Notes under the pieces: generated by a model
Databases searched by the model: none
What the model was told of the DNA's origin: nothing
Seen by the model: the letters and a program-made list of their open reading frames with translations, nothing else
Program-made: the position numbers and the translations under genes
In this document: positions 31,201 to 40,941 of the stretch, one piece after another
How the letters are laid out: each line of letters begins with the position of its first letter
Position numbering within the stretch: position 1 is the stretch's first letter
Origin: an uncultured Gemmatimonadales bacterium
GTDB lineage: Bacteria > Gemmatimonadota > Gemmatimonadetes > Gemmatimonadales > GWC2-71-9
Direction of reading: 5' to 3'
Assembly: GCA_963795085.1 (NCBI GenBank)
Contig: CAWCFX010000006.1
Coordinates: 352,001 to 416,000 of the forward strand
Length of the DNA: 64,000 nt

Positions 31201-31578
31201 TCACTCCACGATGAGCTTGCCCCGCAGCATGCTCATGCCACAGGTAAACTCAAAGGTGCCCGGCGTGTCCGGAGTGAACTCAACGGCGGTCTGCTGGTAT
31301 GCCGGGAGAAACTTGCGGATGCCGAAATCGGGGAAAACGATCTCTTCGCTGCAGCTGGACGTTTCCTGGCGGTCAAAGGTCAGCCGAACCGGCTGGCCCT
31401 GCTTCACGCGGATCACGGCGGGATCGTACCCGCCAAGCACGGCAATCGTGGCGCGCTGGATACCGCGGTCCCCCGCCTCGGCAACCGCCGCCTTGCGCCC
31501 CGCCAGGAAGAAGTACCAGTTGACCCACAGAATGGCGGCGGCGCCGCCGATCAGAACCATCCATTGTATCCCTGTCAT
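31201..31578 (-). CDS. Membrane-anchored cupredoxin (CupA-like copper chaperone)
   Basis: N-terminal TM helix, GGYDP, SSCSEE, FTCGMSM. Confidence 0.9.
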   Translation of the reverse strand: MTGIQWMVLIGGAAAILWVNWYFFLAGRKAAVAEAGDRGIQRATIAVLGGYDPAVIRVKQGQPVRLTFDRQETSSCSEEIVFPDFGIRKFLPAYQQTAVEFTPDTPGTFEFTCGMSMLRGKLIVE

Positions 31579-31588
31579 GGCCTGCTCC

Positions 31589-31636
31589 TATACCCTGGTG
31601 GGGTATATACTACGATACCCCCACCCCCTATGTCAA
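31589..31636 (-). promoter_or_regulatory. Copper-operon sigma-70 promoter with two CsoR operator boxes
   Basis: TTGACA-18-TAGTAT on the minus strand; palindrome TATACCCTGGTGGGGTATA (31589-31607) and a second C-tract box at 31615-31631. Confidence 0.8.
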
Positions 31637-31769
31637 GCCCAGCTTCAAGACCCCGGCCCCGCACCCCACCCAGCGTGAGGAGCGTCACTCCGCTCTGCCG
31701 AGGACTCGTGCATTGTCTGGAACAGCAAGCCCGAACTCCAGATGGCCCTCAACCACTTGGCGAGGCTCT

Positions 31770-32018
31770 ATGCCCAGGAAAGACCAGGACGAGAATACTT
31801 CCGCACCCTTTGTCCGGATGGATCCGGAGCAGCGCAGGCAGTTCGAAGAGGGAGGTCCGCTCAAGCACGAGGACGACCGGGTGACCGAAGTGGAGTTCGA
31901 CGCGGATGACCCCCGGGACGAGGACCGCATGGGCCGCCATGCCCAGCCGGAGAGCGAGGAGTTGCGGGAGGAAAAGGCGGCGGAGGTCGATGAGTCGGGG
32001 CCGCCCAGAGAGAGGTAG
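31770..32018 (+). CDS. Hypothetical acidic small protein
   Basis: GAGG RBS, charged 82-aa ORF. Confidence 0.55.
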   Translation: MPRKDQDENTSAPFVRMDPEQRRQFEEGGPLKHEDDRVTEVEFDADDPRDEDRMGRHAQPESEELREEKAAEVDESGPPRER

Positions 32019-32026
32019 GCGGCGGT

Positions 32027-32563
32027 CTAGCCGGACCGCGCAGTCTTGAGCAACGCACCCACCAGGCCGTCGTGGTCCAGCCGGCCCGGGTAGCGCTGGC
32101 CATTCAAGAATACGGTGGGGGTGCCCTTGACCCCGCTCCGGATCCCGCCCAGCATGTCGGCCCGGACCCGGTCGCGGTGCGCACCGGCGGCCATCTCCCG
32201 GTTGAATTGCTTCAGGTCCAGCCTGGCTTTCTTCGCCAGCCGGGAAAAATCCTCCGCCAACTCGCCTCCGGCCTGGTACAACTGGTCCACCATCTCCCAG
32301 AACCGGCCCTGGCTGGCGGCGGCCTCCGCCGCTTCGGCGGCCCGTTGTGCGTGGGGGTGACCGGGCAGCGGGAAATGCCGGAAGACCACCCGCAGCGAGT
32401 CGCCCAGTTCCCGCGCGATGTCGCTGATGACCGGGTGCGCGAGCGCGCAGTGGGGGCACTGGAAGTCGCCGTACTCCACCAGCGTAAGCGGGGCCTCAGG
32501 CCGCCCCCTGGCGTGGTCCCGCGACGAGACCGGCACCACCAGCTCCGGCCCGGCCACCGTCAC
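32027..32563 (-). CDS. DsbA/thioredoxin-fold protein
   Basis: EYGDFQCPHC, RHFPL, GTPT. Confidence 0.9.
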   Translation of the reverse strand: MTVAGPELVVPVSSRDHARGRPEAPLTLVEYGDFQCPHCALAHPVISDIARELGDSLRVVFRHFPLPGHPHAQRAAEAAEAAASQGRFWEMVDQLYQAGGELAEDFSRLAKKARLDLKQFNREMAAGAHRDRVRADMLGGIRSGVKGTPTVFLNGQRYPGRLDHDGLVGALLKTARSG

Positions 32564-33579
32564 GAACCCCTCACCGGCAGTTCGGCGGCGATGACCCATG
32601 GGGCGGCCCGGTCATGCAGGGCCTCGACCAGCCCGACCATGGGCAGTTTCTTCCGCGGCTTGACTGAATACTCCAAAACCGTCTGCGACCCGCCCTGGTC
32701 CGGGCTGCGGCGCAGCTTGAAGCCCTTGGTGCATTCGCTCAGGACCCGCTCGATCGCGGGCTGCGCCTCCTCCGGGTCCGTCACATAGATCCGGATCCGC
32801 TCGGCCCGCTTTTTCGCCCTGACCGGTTCCGGATCTCCTCCACCCAGTGCCAGCAGCGTGGTGTCTGCGGAGGGGTGCCCGGCCGACGCGTCCCCGCCCG
32901 CCTCGACGGCGGCCTCCCCGGCTGCCGGCATCGGCATACAGAGCATGCCGAAGGTCCGCTCATGGTCGGCGGTCAAGTCCAGCTTCCAGAGCAGCAGTTC
33001 CAGGGCGCTGAAGAAGAGGGAGAGGAAACTTGCGATCGCGAGCTGGCCCACCCCGGCGGCGAACCCGATGCCGACGGCGGCAAAGATATAGACCGCGTCG
33101 CGGGAGTCTTTCAGATTGTTGCGGAACCGGACGGCGGCCACGATGCCGGCCAGGCTGAACGCCAGCGCCAGGCTGTTCTGCACCACGATGAGAATCGCGG
33201 TGATCACCACCGGCAGCATGATGACCGTCTGGACGAGCGATTGGTCGTACTTGAGGCTGTTGCGGGTCCGCACGTACACGAACGCCACCGGCAGCGCGAG
33301 GAGAAACGCGCCCACCACGGCGGCGGCGCCGGCGGCCAGCGGAGGCAGGGTGCGCAGGAGGGGGGCCAGCAGATGCCCCTGGAGGTCGCCGGGCGCCAGG
33401 TCCTGCGCGGCTTCCATGCCTTTCATGCCGCCGGTGAGCACGATCAGGCCGGCCACGATGACCAGTACGACCAGGTAGTAGAGCGACAGCCGGCCCAGCG
33501 TGGTCCGCCCGACCCGGCGGCCGCCCTCGTTCACTCCCAGCCGCCGGGCCAGGCGCTCGATGCGGGTTGAGTCCGCCAC
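32560..33579 (-). CDS. DUF4956 membrane protein
   Basis: NSLALAFSLAGIVAAVRFRNNLKDSRD. Confidence 0.85.
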   Translation of the reverse strand: MADSTRIERLARRLGVNEGGRRVGRTTLGRLSLYYLVVLVIVAGLIVLTGGMKGMEAAQDLAPGDLQGHLLAPLLRTLPPLAAGAAAVVGAFLLALPVAFVYVRTRNSLKYDQSLVQTVIMLPVVITAILIVVQNSLALAFSLAGIVAAVRFRNNLKDSRDAVYIFAAVGIGFAAGVGQLAIASFLSLFFSALELLLWKLDLTADHERTFGMLCMPMPAAGEAAVEAGGDASAGHPSADTTLLALGGGDPEPVRAKKRAERIRIYVTDPEEAQPAIERVLSECTKGFKLRRSPDQGGSQTVLEYSVKPRKKLPMVGLVEALHDRAAPWVIAAELPVRGS

Positions 33580-33619
33580 TGCTGCCTTCCCTGTGGGATA
33601 GGGTACAGCTTAGTGGGAA

Positions 33620-33812
33620 AGTGGGTCAGGGGGGAAGTGGGACAGTGGGTCAGTGGGTCAGTGGGATCAGTGGGTCAGTGGGTCAGTGGGTCAGTGGGTC
33701 AGTGGGTCAGTGGGTCAGTGGGACAGTGGGTCAGTGGGTCAGTGGGTCAGTGGGGCAAGGGGGCAAGGGGGCCAAGGGGGCAAGGGCGCCAAGGGGGCCA
33801 AGGGGGCAAGAG
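33620..33812. repeat. (GGGTCAGT)n followed by (GGGGCAAG)-type repeats
   Basis: Read directly. Confidence 0.92.
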
Positions 33813-33857
33813 TGGCAGCAGCACAGGGGGATACTGGGTCAGGCTGTCAGGGTGCTC

Positions 33858-33936
33858 CCGCCCTGTTCCTACCGCCCTGTTCCTACCGCCCTGTTTCTAC
33901 CGCCCTTCTTACCGCCCAGTTCTCCCGCCCTGTTCT
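33858..33936. repeat. 13-14-mer tandem repeat (CTACCGCCCTGTT)n
   Basis: Same unit as 61270-61525. Confidence 0.85.
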
Positions 33937-36264
33937 TTACATCCGGAACAGGTAGCTCGCCTTGACGAAGAAGTTGTCGCTGGTGCGGCGGAACTGGTAC
34001 CGGTTGGGGACCAGTTCGTCCTCCAGCCGCTGGCGCGTGCTGCCGTAGCCGGCGAAGAACACGGTGCCCGGATTGGGCCGGTAGCTGAACAGCACGTCGG
34101 CCCGGAACCGGCGCTGCTCCTCCACCTGGGTGGGCTGCCCGTTGATCAGGATGGGAAAGCCGGATCGGGTCGCGTCGCGCAGGGCGTCGGTCCACTGGTC
34201 GGCCCATTCGCCGATGAGGCGGACGAAGAAGGGCCGGGAGACCTGGTACTCCAGCTTGACCCGGGGGATCCGCTGCAGGTCCACCAGGCTTCCGTCGGTC
34301 CGGCGGTTGACCTGCTGGTGCTGGTAGCTGACGTCCAGCCGCAACTGGTCGGTGGGGCGGTAGGTCAGGCCGCCATTGATGATGAACAACTCGCCGGAGG
34401 CCCACTCGAAGAAGTTCTCGTCATATCCATAGAGCGAGAAGGCATTGGCCGAGAACTGCGCGAACTGGGGCGTGCTGAAGGAGGCGACCAGGTCGAAATT
34501 CGGAATATCCCGGGTCTGGGGTCCGGTCCAGGGGACAGACGTCCCGGCCGAGTCCAGCGCATAGCCCCGGTAGATGTCGCCATCGTAGCCGAAGGTTTCG
34601 ATCAGCGCCGCGGCGCTGGCGTTCCAGCCGCCGCGCAGGGTGGCCGCCGTGTTGAAATGCAGCTTGTTATCCAGTGACTCCTGCCCGTGGATGAAGTCCT
34701 GGTACTTCCAGGTGCCGTGCAGCTGCACGTCCTGGGTGACCCGCTCGAAGAAGGACCCGGGCCGCCGGTTCCAGGTCAGCGAGTGCACCACCACCGCGTT
34801 GACGATGTTGCGGCGCCCGATGAACCCGCTCTGGGCCGAGAACTGGTCGCCGATGGCGTTGATGGAGTAGCGCATGCCGAACTTCCGACCGTTCCTGGTA
34901 AAGCGTGCGAACCAGAGGGGGCCGTCGGTGGTCGTGCCGAGGAACCGGGTGCGGCTGCCGGCGACCTGGAACTGCGCCTGGTAGATCCCCCGGAAGACGA
35001 ACCGCCCGTCCAGGCCGAGGACCCGGTTGTAGTTGTCGCCGTCCACCTTGTCGGTATAGACGAGGCCGATCCGGGACCGGGCGCCCACGTCCCGCTGGAG
35101 TCGGAGGATGTTGTAGAGGGGGCGGTCGTCGCCGGTGAAGGAGACGTCCCGATCATCCGCCGCGGAGAGCAGGCCGACGTTGGCGCCGAACGCGGTGCCG
35201 GTCAGCTTCACCGCGCCGAGCGGCTGGACCACCCGCCGGGTATAGATGAGGGAATTGGGCGTATTGAACTGCTCGCTCCCGTCCAGGAAGAAAGGCCGCT
35301 TCTCCGAGAAGAAGAGCGCCTGGCGGGGGTCGAAGGTGACCTGCCCCGCGTCCGACTCGATCTGGGCGAAATCGGGATTAGCCGTGCCGTTCAGGGTCAG
35401 GTTGTTGGTGATGCCCCAGCGGACGTTGCCGCCGATCTCGGGATCCTGCCGGTCGTAGTTCCAGTCGCCGTTGGTCCCCGGGGCCCCGTCCACCCGGGCG
35501 GTCAGCTCAGGCTGGAGGTCGAGCACCAGGCCGCGCCGCAGGCCGGTGAGACCGACGAGGTGACCGGACTGGGAAAGGAAAGACGCGTTGTCCCGGCGGG
35601 CGGGCACCCAGGAGTCTTCGTAGCCGGAGTGCTGCACCCGGCGCACGATATTGATGCCCCAGGCCTGCTCGTTTGCGGCCTGGTAGCGAAGGCTCTTGAA
35701 GGGAATTCTGACCTCGACCTCGTATCCATACGGGGTGAGGCGGCCCTTGGACTGAAAGACGAAGTCGGGGTTGAGGTCGGTGGGATCCCGGGACACGCTG
35801 CCGCCGCCGAAAATACCGGTGGTCCCGGCTCGGCCCGTCTCGACCAGGGCCCCGTCAGCCTGCACCCCGAGCGGGTTGACCATGAACACGGTCGCCTGCC
35901 GGCCGTCGTTGAACGTACCGAGCAGCAGCTGGACATGGTCGTCCGCGAAGATGCGGTCCCGGTCCGCCAGGGTGGCGCGGACGGCGCCGTGCGCCTCAAA
36001 CGCGCGAATGCCGAAGTAGATCGCGCTGGGCGAGTACCAGACCAGGACCTCGGTCGAATCGGACGCAGGGGCGCCATCATTGGGAGCAAACTGGGAGAAG
36101 CCCGTCAGCATTCCGGCCCGGCTCCAGGCCAGCTCGTCCAGTGAGCCGTCGATGGTGACCTCGGCGTCGAACCGGGGAATCTGGACCTCGAGCCGGTTAT
36201 CCCGGCCATGGTACACGGAGATGGTATCCTGCAGGGCCAACTGGGCAACCAGGAGGAGCAGCAT
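33937..36264 (-). CDS. CBM9-like/DUF5916 domain outer-membrane protein
   Basis: IDGSLDE..W, NPDFAQIESD, FFSEKRPFFL, C-terminal SYLF. Confidence 0.85.
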   Translation of the reverse strand: MLLLLVAQLALQDTISVYHGRDNRLEVQIPRFDAEVTIDGSLDELAWSRAGMLTGFSQFAPNDGAPASDSTEVLVWYSPSAIYFGIRAFEAHGAVRATLADRDRIFADDHVQLLLGTFNDGRQATVFMVNPLGVQADGALVETGRAGTTGIFGGGSVSRDPTDLNPDFVFQSKGRLTPYGYEVEVRIPFKSLRYQAANEQAWGINIVRRVQHSGYEDSWVPARRDNASFLSQSGHLVGLTGLRRGLVLDLQPELTARVDGAPGTNGDWNYDRQDPEIGGNVRWGITNNLTLNGTANPDFAQIESDAGQVTFDPRQALFFSEKRPFFLDGSEQFNTPNSLIYTRRVVQPLGAVKLTGTAFGANVGLLSAADDRDVSFTGDDRPLYNILRLQRDVGARSRIGLVYTDKVDGDNYNRVLGLDGRFVFRGIYQAQFQVAGSRTRFLGTTTDGPLWFARFTRNGRKFGMRYSINAIGDQFSAQSGFIGRRNIVNAVVVHSLTWNRRPGSFFERVTQDVQLHGTWKYQDFIHGQESLDNKLHFNTAATLRGGWNASAAALIETFGYDGDIYRGYALDSAGTSVPWTGPQTRDIPNFDLVASFSTPQFAQFSANAFSLYGYDENFFEWASGELFIINGGLTYRPTDQLRLDVSYQHQQVNRRTDGSLVDLQRIPRVKLEYQVSRPFFVRLIGEWADQWTDALRDATRSGFPILINGQPTQVEEQRRFRADVLFSYRPNPGTVFFAGYGSTRQRLEDELVPNRYQFRRTSDNFFVKASYLFRM

Positions 36265-36454
36265 GGAAACACGGGGTCAGGGATATCGACTGGCCAGGGG
36301 CGCCGGCAGTCCTTGGACCGCTTACGAACGGGGGCCACACCCGGTTTCGGGCCGCCGGGATGCGTTTCCATTTCGGCATCCGGCACCCAAATCCTGAATC
36401 CCGGCGGCGGGGCCATGCCCGGGAGTGGCGGACGCGGTTGAGGGGACCGAGGCA

Positions 36455-36561
36455 CCAGCCCTCAATCCCCTCAATTCCACAATTCCCTCAATTCCCTCAA
36501 TTCCCTCAATTCCCTCAATTCCCTCAATTCCCTCAATTCCCTCAATTCCCTCAATTCCTAA
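36455..36561. repeat. 9-mer tandem repeat (CCCTCAATT)n
   Basis: About 11 units. Confidence 0.92.
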
Positions 36562-37113
36562 TTACCTCCCGATCAACAATCCCAGCTCCCCCACCTTCTT
36601 GTCCAGCAGTTCCACGCTCCGGAGCACCACGTCCAGGGATTCTTCCGGGAAGCCCGACTCCAGGGTGAACGTGAACTCGGCAAAGACATCGTACACGTCG
36701 TCCATGCCCCAGTGGAAGAAGTCGCCGGCATTATTGGCCAGCAGTTTCCGCATCAGGCCGGTGCTGTTGTTGGCGCGGTCCACGTTGATGTAGCGGTCGC
36801 CCGAGATATGGGGGAACACCCGGACGGTCAGCACGTCGTTCCGCCCGACCATCACGATGATCTCCATGCTCTCCGCCTCATTCAGCCCCTCGGTCATGGA
36901 CCCGGAGAAGTTCCATTGATTCGCCTGCGCCTGCTTGAAGTTGACGCCGATCCGCGGCCCGATCGTCCGCAGGGCGGAGCGCACCTTGTCGCGGGTGGCC
37001 TGCCGTTCGGGGCTGTTCTCGTTCTGGGCCCAGGCGACCGAGACCGATGCGGCCAGCGCCAGGGCGGCCAGGGTGCCAGCGGTCTTTCGGGCGAATCGCA
37101 GCGAACTTGCCAC
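36562..37113 (-). CDS. Hypothetical secreted protein (possibly YbjN-like fold)
   Basis: GAGG RBS, signal peptide ending AWA-Q. Confidence 0.7.
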   Translation of the reverse strand: MASSLRFARKTAGTLAALALAASVSVAWAQNENSPERQATRDKVRSALRTIGPRIGVNFKQAQANQWNFSGSMTEGLNEAESMEIIVMVGRNDVLTVRVFPHISGDRYINVDRANNSTGLMRKLLANNAGDFFHWGMDDVYDVFAEFTFTLESGFPEESLDVVLRSVELLDKKVGELGLLIGR

Positions 37114-37142
37114 AAAGCCTCCTCAGGAATGGGGTGATGACG

Positions 37143-38252
37143 CTACAACCGCTCCTTCTCCTCGACTTCCAGCATGTGCGCCTTGCGGCCGCCCCGGTGG
37201 AGCTCGCCCTGGTGGGCGGCGCCCGTCACCAGCAGGTGGGCCAGGTCCACGGCCCGGTGGACCAGCTCCCGGGCAGCTTCATGAAGTTCAGCGGATTCCC
37301 GCACCACCTGCACGTTTCGCTCCATGTCCTCGGCGCTCCAGCCCCGGGTATGGGCGATGTAGGGAAACTGGGGGAACTGGCACCCGATCTCTCCGAAAAA
37401 CCCCATCATCTGGCCGGCCACCGCCTGGACGTTGTCCTGGCCTCCCACGATGATGAAGCCCGCGACCTTGTTCCTGAGCAGGACCCGGTTGGCGATGGTC
37501 ACCTGGTTCTGCACGCAGTTCATCCGCTCGACCATCTTGTAGTAGAGCGAGCTGGCGTTGCCCCAACGGATCGGCGTGGATACCAGGATGACGTCCCCCC
37601 AGTGCACCACCGCTTCGTAGACCTGGTCCAGCTGGTCGGTGCTGTCCATCTGGGTGATGGAGCAGGGCCAGGTGCAGGCGTGGGCGCTCTTGGAGTAGTA
37701 CCCCTCGCAGTGGCGGAACCGCAGGTCGTTGAGCCGGATGAGTCGTGACTCGACGCCGAGAGAGGTCGCCGCATGGTCGAGGGCCGCTTTCAGCAGGTCG
37801 TCGGAGCCGGAGTAGCGCGGGTTGCCCGCGTCCATGGCGGTCGTCGAAAGGCCCACCACCCGGATGGGGCCCGGGGCCCGATCCACCTTGCGCGCCAGCG
37901 GGTGGGGTTCGTGGGGCCGGCGGCTCCGCCTGGTCTTCGGCTCGAGGTTGACCAGGAGGCGGCCGTTCTCCTGCCGCACCTCGTAGCTGGGCGCGGCATC
38001 GTCCTCGTAGCCCGGCTCGCCCAGGCCGGTCCGGCGGTGGTATTTCCAGTTGTGCCAGGGGCAGACGACATAGTCGCCGTCCATTCTCCCCTCGCCCAGG
38101 GGACCGCCGGCGTGGTTGCAGGTGCCGGAGATGGCTCCCAGTTCCCCGTTCACCCAGGTGATCGCCAGCCGCACCCGGTCGGCCTTGACCGCGGTGATGG
38201 CTTGCCCGGTGAACTGCTCGACCGGGCCGAGGTCGTGCCAGCGATCCGTCAT
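37143..38252 (-). CDS. Rieske [2Fe-2S]-flavodoxin/FMN-reductase fusion
   Basis: CNH...CPWH Rieske motif; HCEGYYS..CTWPC and STPIRWG flavodoxin-like domain. Confidence 0.85.
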   Translation of the reverse strand: MTDRWHDLGPVEQFTGQAITAVKADRVRLAITWVNGELGAISGTCNHAGGPLGEGRMDGDYVVCPWHNWKYHRRTGLGEPGYEDDAAPSYEVRQENGRLLVNLEPKTRRSRRPHEPHPLARKVDRAPGPIRVVGLSTTAMDAGNPRYSGSDDLLKAALDHAATSLGVESRLIRLNDLRFRHCEGYYSKSAHACTWPCSITQMDSTDQLDQVYEAVVHWGDVILVSTPIRWGNASSLYYKMVERMNCVQNQVTIANRVLLRNKVAGFIIVGGQDNVQAVAGQMMGFFGEIGCQFPQFPYIAHTRGWSAEDMERNVQVVRESAELHEAARELVHRAVDLAHLLVTGAAHQGELHRGGRKAHMLEVEEKERL

Positions 38253-39082
38253 GGGAGCGCCTCGCAGGCGGCGATGGACTGGCGAAGAAAGGTGTCCACC
38301 AGCACCTGCTGGCGGTCCGCATCAAGGGCCCGGGCGACCTGGCTCCCGGTCAGCACCGCGCCGACCCAGCCGTTGGTATGCCAGGCACCCTGCCCCAGGT
38401 GCGGCAATGGACCCTTCGGATGGGGATATGGCGAGACATAGTAGTAGGGTTCGGCGTAGCTGCCGTCGCCGGGAGAGAGCCCGGCGCCGACGGTCCGGCC
38501 CGGTGCCAGCGTGATCAGGGTGGCGATATCGAAATGGTGGGGCCAGCAGCGCACGGGGGAGGCGTCCCGCCGGGCGGCCGCGATCTCGGCCAGGGCCCGG
38601 GCGGCGCCGTGATAGTAGCGAGCCAGTTCCCGGCCCCGGGTCGCGTGGCCCTGGAAGGCCGCCCCCTCACCGACGGGGTGAGCGGGGATCTCGTAATGGG
38701 TCTGGCCGGCCAGCCGCCCGGGGTCCATGCCGAAATCCGGCATGCGTTCCCGGAGCCAGCGCAGCGCCTGGAGCAGGGTGCGTCCCTCCAGCCGGTACTC
38801 GTCCAGCACGTCCCCCGATTCGCCCAGCAGCATCAGGATCAGGGGGTCCAGCCGCAGGGCGCCTCGAAAGGACGGAGACCCGGGAATGGGGTGGCCGGCG
38901 AGCGCCTGCCCCGGCATCCACTCCAGGTTGGTGTGGCTGTCGTCGGGGGCGGCCGGCAGGTACGCGATCGAAAGGTGCACGACCAGCTGGGCGGCGTGAT
39001 GGGCCTCCAGCCGGGCGTCGGCCAGGCTGGCAGGGTCCAGGCTGCCCACGAGGGGCCATGGCACGGTGGCGTGCATCGGCAT
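38249..39082 (-). CDS. DUF5996-like hypothetical protein
   Basis: DDSHTNL, CWPHHFDIA, GLSPGD.SY.EPYYYVSPYP. Confidence 0.65.
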   Translation of the reverse strand: MPMHATVPWPLVGSLDPASLADARLEAHHAAQLVVHLSIAYLPAAPDDSHTNLEWMPGQALAGHPIPGSPSFRGALRLDPLILMLLGESGDVLDEYRLEGRTLLQALRWLRERMPDFGMDPGRLAGQTHYEIPAHPVGEGAAFQGHATRGRELARYYHGAARALAEIAAARRDASPVRCWPHHFDIATLITLAPGRTVGAGLSPGDGSYAEPYYYVSPYPHPKGPLPHLGQGAWHTNGWVGAVLTGSQVARALDADRQQVLVDTFLRQSIAACEALP

Positions 39083-39224
39083 CGGCTGAGAAAGTGGCAG
39101 GGAGGATCGGCACAAGGTTACAGGAAAATCCCCGATTGCAACAGGGGCCGTACCCATGGGCCCAGTCCCCAAGTACATTCCATCCCATTGCCGGCTCCCG
39201 TCTTCCATAGTGGAGGTTGATCCC

Positions 39225-39755
39225 ATGTCCAGCCTGATGCCGATCAATCTGAAGGGCTTTATCAACGACCATCGCGACCTCCTGAAGCCCCCGGTGGGCA
39301 ACAAGATGGTCTGGCAGAACGCCGAGTTCATGGTGATGGTGGTCGGCGGCCCCAATCAGCGGAAAGACTTTCACATCGAGGACGGCGAGGAGTTCTTCTA
39401 CCAGGTCGAAGGCGATATCGTCCTCCGGATCATCGAGGACGGCAAGGTGCGGGAGATCCCGATCCGGGAAGGCGAGATGTTCCTGCTCCCCGCCGGCATC
39501 CCCCACTCGCCCCAGCGCCCCGCCAACACGGTCGGCCTGGTGATCGAGCGGCAGCGGGTGGAGGGAGAAAAGGACCACCTCCGCTGGTTCTGCGAGAACT
39601 GCGGCGAAGTCCTCCACGATGACGCCTTCCAGCTGGAAGACCTGGGCAAGCAGCTCAAGCCCATTATCGAAAACTTCTACCAGAGCGAGACCCTCCGCAC
39701 CTGCCGGAACTGCGGCCACGTGATGACCGTGCCGGCCCCGGCGGCGAAGAAGTGA
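39225..39755 (+). CDS. nbaC: 3-hydroxyanthranilate 3,4-dioxygenase
   Basis: LLKPPVGNK, VGGPN.RKDFH, EEFFYQ, PHSPQR, two CxxC. Confidence 0.95.
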   Translation: MSSLMPINLKGFINDHRDLLKPPVGNKMVWQNAEFMVMVVGGPNQRKDFHIEDGEEFFYQVEGDIVLRIIEDGKVREIPIREGEMFLLPAGIPHSPQRPANTVGLVIERQRVEGEKDHLRWFCENCGEVLHDDAFQLEDLGKQLKPIIENFYQSETLRTCRNCGHVMTVPAPAAKK

Positions 39756-39762
39756 CGCCCGC

Positions 39763-39838
39763 CATTTCAGATTGGAGATTTCAGATTTCAGATTGGACCA
39801 CCTTCAGTCTGAAATCTGAAATCTAGAATCTGAAATCC
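39763..39838. repeat. Inverted 7-mer tandem repeats (ATTTCAG)n...(CTGAAAT)n
   Basis: Hairpin-forming, inside the kyn operon. Confidence 0.8.
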
Positions 39839-39840
39839 CC

Positions 39841-40857
39841 ATGCCCCTGAAGATCGACATCCACACCCACATTCTCCCCCACTCTCTCCCCGACCTGAGA
39901 GAGCGGTTCGGTTATGGGGGATTCATCCAGCTGGAGCACCACGAGCCCTGCCGGGCCCGGATGCTGATCGACGGCAAGTTCTTCCGCGAGATCGGCGACA
40001 ACTGCTGGAACCCGGCCGCCCGGATCGCCGAGTGCGACCAGGACGGCGTCTCGGTGCAGGCGCTGTCCACCGTGCCCGTCATGTTCAGCTACTGGGCCAA
40101 GCCGGAACACGCGCACGATCTCTCCCAGATTCTCAACGACGACATCGCCAGGACGGTCCAGGCGCACCCCCGCCGGTTCGTGGGCCTCGGCACCCTGCCG
40201 ATGCAGGCCCCCGACCTCGCGGTCCGGGAGCTGGAGCGCTGCGTGAAGCAACTGGGCTTTCCCGGGGTCCAGATCGGCAGCCACGTCAACCAGTGGAACC
40301 TCGACGACCCGGTGCTGTTCCCCGTCTTCGAGGCCGCCCAGGAACTGAACGCGGCGGTCTTCGTCCATCCCTGGGACATGATGGGCAAGGAGCGGATGCC
40401 GAAGTACTGGCTGCCCTGGCTGGTCGGCATGCCGGCCGAGACCACGCTGGCCATCTGCTCGGTGATCTTCGGCGGGGTGCTGGAGCGGCTGCCCCGCCTC
40501 AAGATCTGCTTCGCCCACGGCGGCGGGAACTTCGCCGGGACCATCGGCCGCATCGAACACGGTTTCCATTCCCGCCCCGACCTGGTCGCCACCGAGAACC
40601 CGGTCAACCCCCGGGCCTACCTGGGCCGCTTCTACGTGGACTCGCTGGTGCATGACAACGACGCCCTCCGCCAGCTGATCAAGCTCATGTCGCCGGAACG
40701 GATCGCCCTCGGCTCCGACTACCCCTTCCCCCTGGGCGAGCAACCCGCGGGCAAGCTGATCGAGTCCATGTACGACCTGGACGCCGGGGTGCGGGACCGG
40801 CTGCTCGCCGGGACGGCGCTGGAGTTCCTGGGGCTGGAGCGGGAGAGGTTTGAGTGA
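39841..40857 (+). CDS. nbaD: 2-amino-3-carboxymuconate-6-semialdehyde decarboxylase (ACMSD)
   Basis: DIHTHILP, VQALSTVPVMFSYW, WLPWLVGMPAET, LGSDYPFPLGE. Confidence 0.93.
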   Translation: MPLKIDIHTHILPHSLPDLRERFGYGGFIQLEHHEPCRARMLIDGKFFREIGDNCWNPAARIAECDQDGVSVQALSTVPVMFSYWAKPEHAHDLSQILNDDIARTVQAHPRRFVGLGTLPMQAPDLAVRELERCVKQLGFPGVQIGSHVNQWNLDDPVLFPVFEAAQELNAAVFVHPWDMMGKERMPKYWLPWLVGMPAETTLAICSVIFGGVLERLPRLKICFAHGGGNFAGTIGRIEHGFHSRPDLVATENPVNPRAYLGRFYVDSLVHDNDALRQLIKLMSPERIALGSDYPFPLGEQPAGKLIESMYDLDAGVRDRLLAGTALEFLGLERERFE

Positions 40858-40938
40858 GAACAGTGGGTCAGTGGGTCAGTGGGTCAGTGGGCCAGTGGGT
40901 CAGTGGGCCAGTGGGCCAGGGGGCCAGGGGGTCAGTGA
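40858..40938. repeat. (CAGTGGGT/CAGTGGGC)n 8-mer repeat
   Basis: Between ACMSD and kynU. Confidence 0.9.
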
Positions 40939-40941
40939 GCC

